This document shows positions 24,402 to 32,843 of a stretch of 32,843 nucleotides of DNA, piece after piece (position 1 is the first letter of the stretch; each line of letters opens with the position of its first letter). Source of the stretch: an uncultured Candidatus Saccharibacteria bacterium (GTDB taxonomy: Bacteria; Patescibacteriota; Minisyncoccia; Phycocordibacterales; UBA5272); assembly GCA_964452605.1 (NCBI GenBank), contig CAYVMF010000001.1, positions 1 to 32,843 of the forward strand, written 5' to 3'. Both the position numbers and the translations under genes were made by a program. The notes under the pieces were generated by a model, which saw nothing but the letters and a program-made list of their open reading frames with translations, searched no databases and had not been told where the DNA came from.

Positions 24402-24414
24402 GTATCCTTTCTTT

Positions 24415-26355
24415 CTAAGCAACTAAAGAATAGTCGATTACGCGCAGGTCTAGGTTAGCGTTTTTTACTTTTATTTTTACTGGTGTACCAATTTTCCATT
24501 CAGTCCCTGTTCTCTCCCCTATGATTCTTCCACCCTTCTGGTCAAAATTATAAAAGTCATCTCCCAAATCACGAAGTTTAATCATACCTTCACATTTACT
24601 TGTTTTTTCTTCAACGTACACACCCCATTCTGTTACCCCAGAAACCATACCTTCAAATTCCTGTCCGACACGGTATGACATGTACTCAACTTGTTTGTAT
24701 TTGATACTTCCACGCTCAGCATCTGAGGCTTCTTTTTCACGACGGCTCGCCTTCTGACAAAGTGATTCGTAGAGACCTCGCTCTTCTTCCTTTGGAAAAT
24801 CTTTATCCAGGATACGCATTAATAGTCTGTGCGTAAGCACATCCGGATAGCGACGAATTGGACTTGTGAAATGTGAGTAGTACTCAAACGCGAGACCGTA
24901 GTGACCAACGTTTTTAGTGCTGTACACCGCTTTTGCCATGGCACGAGTGATATGCACCTGAAGAAGCTGCTTCTCTGGGCGGTCTGCCATTTTTTCTAGA
25001 AGGTTATTTAAATCTTGTGAAGGAATGAGTCCGTCCATAAAACGCACAGTAAAACCAAGTCCACGGATATACAAATCCAAATCATGCATCTTGTCTGCGT
25101 CCGGCTTATCGTGAATACGATAAATACAAATACTCTTTCCTTCGCCTTGAGCTTTTTCTTGTTCTTGTGTGATAAATTTACTTACATACTTGTTCGCCAA
25201 GAGCATGTACTCTTCGATCATTTTGTTGGTATCGCCGCGCACTTTTATGTACACGTCAATTGGTACACCGTGCTCATCGAGCTTAAATTTAACTTCGTCT
25301 GTTTCAAGAGAGAGTGCGCCGTTTGCAAAACGTGCTTTGTTTAATTTCTTTGCGATGCCGTTTAAAATAGCGAGCTCTTCGTGAAAATCTCCAGCGCCAG
25401 TATCAAGGGTAACTTGAGCATCTTCGTATGAGTAACGACGCTGTGAGTTAATAACCGCGCGACCGTACCATTCATTGTGAACCACACCATCACTGTCCAG
25501 TTCAAGCACACATGACATCACGAGGCGGTCTTCACCCTGTACAAGAGAACAGAGGTCGTTAGAAAGTACCTCTGGAAGCATTGGAAGTACACGATCTACG
25601 AGATACACAGATGTCTCACGAGAGACAGCTTCGTCATCTAGTGCCATACCTGGTTTTACATAATACGACACATCTGCAATATGAATACCAACTTCGAAAC
25701 GTCCATTGTCTAACTTTTGGAAAGAAATAGCATCGTCAAAATCCTTTGCGTCGATTGGGTCAATCGTAAACGTAGTGATACCTCTAAAGTCTCGGCGTCC
25801 CGCCTTATCTTCTTCTGTGATACCTCGTGCCTTAATTGTATTTGCTTCTGCATTTACCGCTTCATCATGTTCATCACTAAAACCACGCTCAAACGCAAAC
25901 GCAAGCATTTCAGCATCGTTTTCTCCAGGGCGGCCGAGGATCGTCATCACATGACCTCGTGGTGATTTCTTGTGATCTGACCAATCTGTAATAGATGCAA
26001 TGATTTTCATTCCTGGCTCTGCACCGTTAAGATAATTATGGTCAATTAAAATATCCGTATACATGCGCTTATCCTGCGGTACCAGGAAGTACATTCCATT
26101 GTCTTCTTCAAGAACTCCTGCGTATCCTTTACGTCCACGTTCAATGATACGAATCACCTTTCCATAGAGTTCGTCTTCGCCTTTTGCGTTTTGTTTTTTA
26201 CCAAGGAGTTCTACCTCGACTGTGTCTTGGTGGAGCGCTGTGTGTAAATGGCTGTGGTCAACAAAAATAGCACCTTCGTGCTCAAGCTCTGCGACACGCA
26301 CGTACCCATCCTTTTTTGATGTGATACTAATAGTTCCTGTGTAGACTCTTTCCAT
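24415..26355 (-). CDS. rnr: Ribonuclease R (RNB-family 3'-5' exoribonuclease with a C-terminal S1 domain)
   Basis: RNB motifs (TIDPIDAKDFDDAIS, YLVDRVLPMLPE, FTSPIRRYPD) and a C-terminal S1-like segment (GMVSGVTEWGVYVEE). I prefer the ATG at 26355 because TGcTATAGT lies 10 nt upstream of it. The track GTG at 26367 lies inside that -10. Confidence 0.9.
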   Translation of the reverse strand: MERVYTGTISITSKKDGYVRVAELEHEGAIFVDHSHLHTALHQDTVEVELLGKKQNAKGEDELYGKVIRIIERGRKGYAGVLEEDNGMYFLVPQDKRMYTDILIDHNYLNGAEPGMKIIASITDWSDHKKSPRGHVMTILGRPGENDAEMLAFAFERGFSDEHDEAVNAEANTIKARGITEEDKAGRRDFRGITTFTIDPIDAKDFDDAISFQKLDNGRFEVGIHIADVSYYVKPGMALDDEAVSRETSVYLVDRVLPMLPEVLSNDLCSLVQGEDRLVMSCVLELDSDGVVHNEWYGRAVINSQRRYSYEDAQVTLDTGAGDFHEELAILNGIAKKLNKARFANGALSLETDEVKFKLDEHGVPIDVYIKVRGDTNKMIEEYMLLANKYVSKFITQEQEKAQGEGKSICIYRIHDKPDADKMHDLDLYIRGLGFTVRFMDGLIPSQDLNNLLEKMADRPEKQLLQVHITRAMAKAVYSTKNVGHYGLAFEYYSHFTSPIRRYPDVLTHRLLMRILDKDFPKEEERGLYESLCQKASRREKEASDAERGSIKYKQVEYMSYRVGQEFEGMVSGVTEWGVYVEEKTSKCEGMIKLRDLGDDFYNFDQKGGRIIGERTGTEWKIGTPVKIKVKNANLDLRVIDYSLVA

Positions 26356-26466
26356 AATTCCCTTCACTATAGCATATTTTGATAGCGCCGGGAAAAGTGA
26401 TAGTCTTAGCCATTAGAACAGTTCCTCTGTTCACGTTTTCGAACCACAACCAACCTGGGGAATCAC

Positions 26467-26784
26467 ATGATACACGTTTCCGTTCATATCAATTCGTCCA
26501 TCGACCTGAAGACAGGGAGAACGCTCCTGGCTTTAATCAAGACCTACTTTGACGAAGTGTCGCAAGAAGACGGGCGCCCCGGACCCAGTGAGATCCAGCA
26601 GACCGTACATGGTCCAGGAGACAACTTCGAAAGAGCGGTCTCAATCCGCATCCTGACAGACAACAGGAATTGGGTGCTGAGACGACACGGCCAAAGTTTC
26701 ATTGGCCGCATCATCAAAGAGCTGCCCCTCCTTAAAGGGCAGTTGAGTATGTGGATTGTCGAAGCAGATCACACCTTCGGCTAA
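26467..26784 (+). CDS. GC-rich orphan protein (105 aa), unknown function
   Basis: GGGGA lies 7 nt upstream of the ATG. GC is above the flanks. No TM segment and no motif I recognise. Its own terminator follows. Confidence 0.55.
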   Translation: MIHVSVHINSSIDLKTGRTLLALIKTYFDEVSQEDGRPGPSEIQQTVHGPGDNFERAVSIRILTDNRNWVLRRHGQSFIGRIIKELPLLKGQLSMWIVEADHTFG

Positions 26785-26803
26785 CAGCCACCGGCTGCCC
26801 ACG

Positions 26804-26830
26804 AAATCCGCCCCGCCAGGCGGATTTTCT
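26804..26830 (+). terminator. Intrinsic terminator of the 26467 gene
   Basis: AAATCCGCC-CCGCCA-GGCGGATTT followed by TCT. The T-run is part of the stem's 3' flank. Confidence 0.7.
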
Positions 26831-26841
26831 ACTTCCTATTT

Positions 26842-29076
26842 TTATGCAGCTTTGGCTACGTCTTTAAAATGTATTGAGAGTAATTTACTTGTTCCTTCAG
26901 CGCCAAGTGTTACACCGTATAGCATGTCACAGTGATTCATCGTTTCGCGGTTATGAGTAATCACAAGTAACTTACTTTTTTCTGCGAGACGTGCGAGCAT
27001 CGAGCCATATTTACGCGCGTTATGTTCATCAAGTGGCGCGTCAGTTTCATCAAGCACCATAAATGGTGGAGGAGTAAGGGATGACATCGCAAACAAAAGC
27101 GCGATAGACACAAGCGCGCGTTCTCCCCCTGAAAACATCGCAAGCTCTTGGATTTTTTTACTTGGTAACTTTACTTCAATATCTACCCCCTGTTCTTTTA
27201 GCTCGTTTCCGTCTTCGTCGAGCTTAATCACATCTACGAGAAGAAGCTTCGCCTTCCCTCCGTCAAAAATCTCTGAGAAAAATGAAGTGAAATTCTCGGA
27301 TACTTTAAGCACACCCTGAACGAAACGCTCTTTGAGCTGCTTTGTAAGTTCGTCTATAAGCATGAGTAACTTCTCTTCGCTTTGTTTAATATCACTTAAC
27401 TCTCGTGTAAGGTACTCATCGCGTTCTGTTGTTTCTTTATATTCTTTTATCACTTCAGCAGCGTTTGGAATACCAGCTTCTTCAATACGAAGCTTAGACC
27501 GCTCGATAGCACGCAGGAGGTCATGCATAGGCGTCGTCATGTGATGGTCAGCACCTTTATGTTCTTTATATGCAAGTATTTCTCGTCCAACGATTACTAC
27601 CCCCTCAGCCAAGAGCGCTTCGAAGTGGTTCTTTCGTAGTGCAACTTCACCTTCTTCTTGTTTTCGAAGCGCTATCGTACTTTGAAGTTCACGGAGCTTA
27701 CTCTCAAGTAAGAGACGCTTCTTTTCTTCTTCGTGACGAGAAAGCAATGCGTCTTGTGTGTCGGTGTCTACCTGTTGAAGCTTTTCTTCTAGTACACTCA
27801 TTTCTTTAGTGAGTGTTTCAGCTTTTATTTCATGCTCTGTAATCACATTCGAGAAGTCAGCGATTTCTCGAGATAGTTTTTCTTTATATTCTTTTGTACC
27901 TGACGTTGAGAACTGCTGGAAGAAGTCAGTCGCTTGTGTCTGAAGTGTGGAAAGAGCTTTATCGACAATTTCAAAGTGAGACTGAGATAACGCTATACGA
28001 ATACTTCCAAGCGTTGTTTTCATCCCTTCATAGACTTCGTTTAAGGTGTTTTCAGGAATACGCACCTCTCGTACTGTTTCAGCTTTAGTTAACTCTCTTT
28101 CAAGATGAGCTTTTTCAGCTTCAAGCCTTCCTAATGTTTTAGTAAGTTCGTCGCGGCGAAGTGCGATTGCTTTTATTTCAGCTTGAAGCGTTTGCTTCTC
28201 GTGATAGCCACGAGGAACTTCCTGCACTGACTGGTTAGCGTGTGCCTCAAGCTCTCTTTCAATGGACTGTGCAACAAGCCCAAGTGATACCGAAGCACCG
28301 GCTTCACGAATACGAGCTTCAGCTTCGTGTAAACTCTTTTCTTCTCGCGCAAGATATACCAGCATCAACTGCGAAAGTAGCTGGCGTTCTTTTTCTTTTG
28401 ACTCAAGTTTCTCAACCTGTCGCTTCAAATGTGTGAGATGTGGCGCGATTTCCTTACGAAGGATATCTACTTCGTGGAGATGGGTTTTTACTTTTTCAAG
28501 CTTGCGCTTACTTTCTGCAAGTCGCATATGATATACACGTAGACCAAGCGCGTCCTCTAGAGCTTCTTTACGTTCCTTAGGAGATGAAAGCAAAATTCTA
28601 TCTGCTTCGCCTTGATTAATAATCGTATGAGCACTTGCTCCAATACCCGCAAAAGAAAGTAATTCCTGCACGTCTTTAAGGCGAACCTTGGCATCGTTAA
28701 GATTGTACTCACTTGTCCCGTCTGCGTAGATTGTTCTTGATAGCGTGAGCTCGTCGTACACCAGGTATGGCGCCAGACTGTCGCTCGCGTGGGTACTATC
28801 AATATGTGCGTGGTCTTTGTTGTCGATTACCATCGTAACCGTCGCACGAGACATCGGAGCAAGTGTATTTGAACCTTTAAAGATAAGATCGCTTCCTAAT
28901 TTACCACGCATACTTTTCATCGACTGTTCACCGAGCACAAAACGAATCGCTTCAGCGACGTTTGATTTTCCAGAGCCATTTGGACCCACAACACCAGTAA
29001 CTTGATGTGTTACATCAAGTGTTGTCTTCTTTGCGAACGATTTAAAACCGTGAAGAGTGATGTGCGATAAGCGCAT
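26842..29076 (-). CDS. smc: SMC-family chromosome-condensation ATPase, unusually short (744 aa) with no recognisable hinge
   Basis: Canonical SMC N-terminus (GFKSF...GPNGSGKSNVAEAIRFVLGEQSMKSMRG). C-terminal signature FSGGERALVSIALLFAM, Walker B FMVLDETDAPLDE and D-loop/H-loop region ITHNRETM. The roughly 420-aa middle region is almost entirely heptad-like. Confidence 0.85.
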   Translation of the reverse strand: MRLSHITLHGFKSFAKKTTLDVTHQVTGVVGPNGSGKSNVAEAIRFVLGEQSMKSMRGKLGSDLIFKGSNTLAPMSRATVTMVIDNKDHAHIDSTHASDSLAPYLVYDELTLSRTIYADGTSEYNLNDAKVRLKDVQELLSFAGIGASAHTIINQGEADRILLSSPKERKEALEDALGLRVYHMRLAESKRKLEKVKTHLHEVDILRKEIAPHLTHLKRQVEKLESKEKERQLLSQLMLVYLAREEKSLHEAEARIREAGASVSLGLVAQSIERELEAHANQSVQEVPRGYHEKQTLQAEIKAIALRRDELTKTLGRLEAEKAHLERELTKAETVREVRIPENTLNEVYEGMKTTLGSIRIALSQSHFEIVDKALSTLQTQATDFFQQFSTSGTKEYKEKLSREIADFSNVITEHEIKAETLTKEMSVLEEKLQQVDTDTQDALLSRHEEEKKRLLLESKLRELQSTIALRKQEEGEVALRKNHFEALLAEGVVIVGREILAYKEHKGADHHMTTPMHDLLRAIERSKLRIEEAGIPNAAEVIKEYKETTERDEYLTRELSDIKQSEEKLLMLIDELTKQLKERFVQGVLKVSENFTSFFSEIFDGGKAKLLLVDVIKLDEDGNELKEQGVDIEVKLPSKKIQELAMFSGGERALVSIALLFAMSSLTPPPFMVLDETDAPLDEHNARKYGSMLARLAEKSKLLVITHNRETMNHCDMLYGVTLGAEGTSKLLSIHFKDVAKAA

Positions 29077-29086
29077 AATTAAGTAA

Positions 29087-29104
29087 AGTGTAACATGTTA
29101 CACT
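29087..29104. promoter_or_regulatory. 18-bp perfect palindrome supplying divergent extended -10 boxes for smc and uppP
   Basis: AGTGTAACATGTTACACT reads TGTTACACT on both strands. That is 10 nt upstream of the smc ATG (29076) and 8 nt upstream of the uppP ATG (29113). Confidence 0.6.
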
Positions 29105-29112
29105 TGATACAT

Positions 29113-29880
29113 ATGACATCTATCCACGCATTTATTTTAGGTATTGTTGAAGGGCTCACTGAATTTCTACCAGTATCTTCAACTGGGCACTTGGTACTGA
29201 CTCAAGAACTGCTAGGGATTACCCAAAGCAACTACTTAGCAACATTTGATATCGCAATACAGGTGGGAGCCATTTTGGCTGTGATTATTATGTTCTGGTC
29301 TAGACTTTGGAGTATAAACCTTATCAAAAAACTGTTCGTCGCATTTATTCCAACAGGCCTCGTCGGATATTTTATTTTTTCACATATACAGACACTACTT
29401 GGTAGCCCGCTTCTTGTAATTAGCACTCTTTTCTTGGGTGGTATTATTATTATCCTTACCGAAAACTGGTATCAGGTTCAAATAAAAGAAATCGGTGTTC
29501 GCTCACACATTGGATATAAAGAGGCGTTCCTGTTGGGTGTCTGCCAGTCTCTCGCTATTATTCCTGGTGTTTCTAGGTCAGGCGCGATGATCGTAGGAGG
29601 CATGTATATGAAACTTGAACGTAAAGCACTTACTGAGTTTACATTCTTACTCGCGGTACCGACAATGTGTGCCGCAACCCTTTACTCTATATATAAACAC
29701 CCTGAGGTAGTTACTCAAGCAACTAATATTGTTCCGCTTCTTGTTGGTATGGGGACGGCGTTTGTAGTAGCGTTATTTGTGATTAAAATATTCCTCGACT
29801 ACATTAAGACACGTTCATTTGCGATATTTGGATATTACAGAATACTGCTCGCACTTGTCGCACTGTTTATTTTGGTATAA
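29113..29880 (+). CDS. uppP: Undecaprenyl-diphosphate phosphatase UppP/BacA
   Basis: GIVEGLTEFLPVSSTGHL and PGVSRSG motifs in a multi-TM protein. I chose the ATG at 29113 because the track ATG at 29095 lies inside the palindromic -10 region. Confidence 0.9.
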   Translation: MTSIHAFILGIVEGLTEFLPVSSTGHLVLTQELLGITQSNYLATFDIAIQVGAILAVIIMFWSRLWSINLIKKLFVAFIPTGLVGYFIFSHIQTLLGSPLLVISTLFLGGIIIILTENWYQVQIKEIGVRSHIGYKEAFLLGVCQSLAIIPGVSRSGAMIVGGMYMKLERKALTEFTFLLAVPTMCAATLYSIYKHPEVVTQATNIVPLLVGMGTAFVVALFVIKIFLDYIKTRSFAIFGYYRILLALVALFILV

Positions 29881-29914
29881 AAAAGAAAACGACCCAGTGG
29901 GTCGTTTTCTTTTT
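29880..29914. terminator. Bidirectional intrinsic terminator (uppP / atpC, convergent)
   Basis: AAAAAGAAAACGACCC-AGT-GGGTCGTTTTCTTTTT: 16-nt perfect arms. Confidence 0.85.
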
Positions 29915-29915
29915 A

Positions 29916-30332
29916 TTATCTCTTATACTTCCTTGCGAGCTTCACACGGTTTAGCTCTCGTTCGATAATTGATTCTGTTTGACCAAATTCGAGTGCTTCT
30001 TCTTTTTCGTTTTTTACTTCCTCAGCACGCGAGAGTGCTTCTTTTGCAATTGCTTCATCAAGCTCATCGACTTTATCAGATGATTCAAGTAACACAACCA
30101 CTTCAGTCAAGCCTTTATCGTGAGGTCGTACGTTTACCACCCCTTTAAATACAGCATACCCAACACCTGTCTCCCCTTTTCGTACAGTCATTTCTCCAGA
30201 CTTGATTGTAGACACCAAAGGCACGTGCTTGTTAAGCACAGTAATCATACCTGTGGTTGTTGGCACGCTCACGTTATCAACTATTTCGTCGATAACGACT
30301 GCATCTGGAGTTACTACACGAAGTTTAATCAT
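29916..30332 (-). CDS. atpC: F0F1 ATP synthase subunit epsilon
   Basis: 138-aa ORF immediately downstream of atpD. It has an N-terminal beta-sandwich pattern (LRVVTPD....D..V..V.VPT..G...VL..H.PL) and a helical C-terminus. Confidence 0.85.
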   Translation of the reverse strand: MIKLRVVTPDAVVIDEIVDNVSVPTTTGMITVLNKHVPLVSTIKSGEMTVRKGETGVGYAVFKGVVNVRPHDKGLTEVVVLLESSDKVDELDEAIAKEALSRAEEVKNEKEEALEFGQTESIIERELNRVKLARKYKR

Positions 30333-30338
30333 ATGTTG

Positions 30339-32307
<1,969 letters not shown>

Positions 32308-32312
32308 AGTAA

Positions 32313-32843
32313 TTATGCAGAGAGTGCCATAGCACCTGAAGTGATCTCAGCAATTTCTTGTGTTACCGCACCTTGACGAGCACGGTTGTAGAACAACTTG
32401 AGATCGTCCTGAATTTCACCAGCGTTGTCAGTTGCGTTCTTCATAGCAAACATACGCGCTGAGTGTTCTGACGCGTAGCTTTCAAGAATAGAACCATAGA
32501 TAATATTTTGAAGCATCATTGGAATAATCGCTTCAAGAACCTGCTCTTGGTCGGGCTCGTACGCGTATCGCGGCTCACCACGAGTATCTGGCTGACCTTC
32601 TGAATCAAAAGGAAGGAGCTGAAGCATTGTTGGGGTAAAAGTAGACGCTGTGGTGAAGTGTGTATACACAATACGCACTGTGCCAATTTCTTTTGCGGTG
32701 TACTTGTCTACGATAAGTTTCGCAATCACGCGTGCGTCGTGCACACTAAGCACTGGATGTGTAAAAGATGCAACCACTGGAAGATGAAGCTTCTTTGCAA
32801 CTTTTTCTGAAAACTTACCTACAGTAATTATCTTAAGTTTCTT
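32313..32843 (-). CDS. atpG: F0F1 ATP synthase subunit gamma (N-terminal part lies beyond the window end)
   Basis: The frame is open to the window edge (KKLKIITVGKFSEKVAKKLHLPVVASFT...). The C-terminus (NATDNAGE....L...YN.ARQ..VTQEI.EI.SGA.A) is the canonical gamma C-terminal helix. The track M at 32777 is an internal GTG. Confidence 0.88.
   Translation of the reverse strand, partial: KKLKIITVGKFSEKVAKKLHLPVVASFTHPVLSVHDARVIAKLIVDKYTAKEIGTVRIVYTHFTTASTFTPTMLQLLPFDSEGQPDTRGEPRYAYEPDQEQVLEAIIPMMLQNIIYGSILESYASEHSARMFAMKNATDNAGEIQDDLKLFYNRARQGAVTQEIAEITSGAMALSA

Overview
This window reads as a gene-dense, mostly minus-strand, low-GC (about 40%) chromosome segment from a small-genome bacterium. 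The shortened housekeeping proteins, many secreted or cell-wall proteins and absent Shine-Dalgarno (SD) sites make me infer a CPR/Patescibacteria-like lineage.

**Recognisable core genes:** atpG (partial), a Nudix gene, atpD, atpC, uppP, a short smc, rnr, rpsP, a KH-domain gene, trmD, a CapA-family gene, rarA, prfB, ftsE/ftsX and a Pif1-like helicase. There are also tRNA-Thr(GGU), tRNA-Gln(CUG) and several secreted enzymes or surface proteins: an M23 peptidase with PG-binding domains, an M64-like peptidase with Ig-like repeats, a 645-aa repeat protein and a LamG-like protein. I found no rRNA, CRISPR array, transposase or intact integrase.

**Three compositional and architectural classes are visible by eye:**
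- Native genes almost all carry an extended -10 box (TGnTAnAnT) only 6-10 nt upstream of the ATG and have no SD. This suggests leaderless or near-leaderless mRNAs.
- Five GC-rich (about 50-58%) orphan cassettes sit in intergenic gaps between housekeeping genes, at about 6359-6748, 10166-10843, 12587-13142, 23639-24403 and 26381-26836. Four of the five have a recognisable promoter element; all five have a leader, a G-rich SD and an intrinsic terminator.
- A very AT-rich two-gene island (7174-9837) encodes membrane-anchored orphan proteins. It lies next to a recombinase-like C-terminal remnant, a tRNA 3' fragment and tRNA-Gln.

The GC-rich cassettes are the best candidates for something undescribed, especially the translationally coupled two-gene membrane operon at 23703-24310. 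The tRNA-adjacent island and a GNRA-capped three-way-junction RNA-like element at 6034-6165 come next.

All family assignments rest on motif-level reading of the translations. No database search was run.
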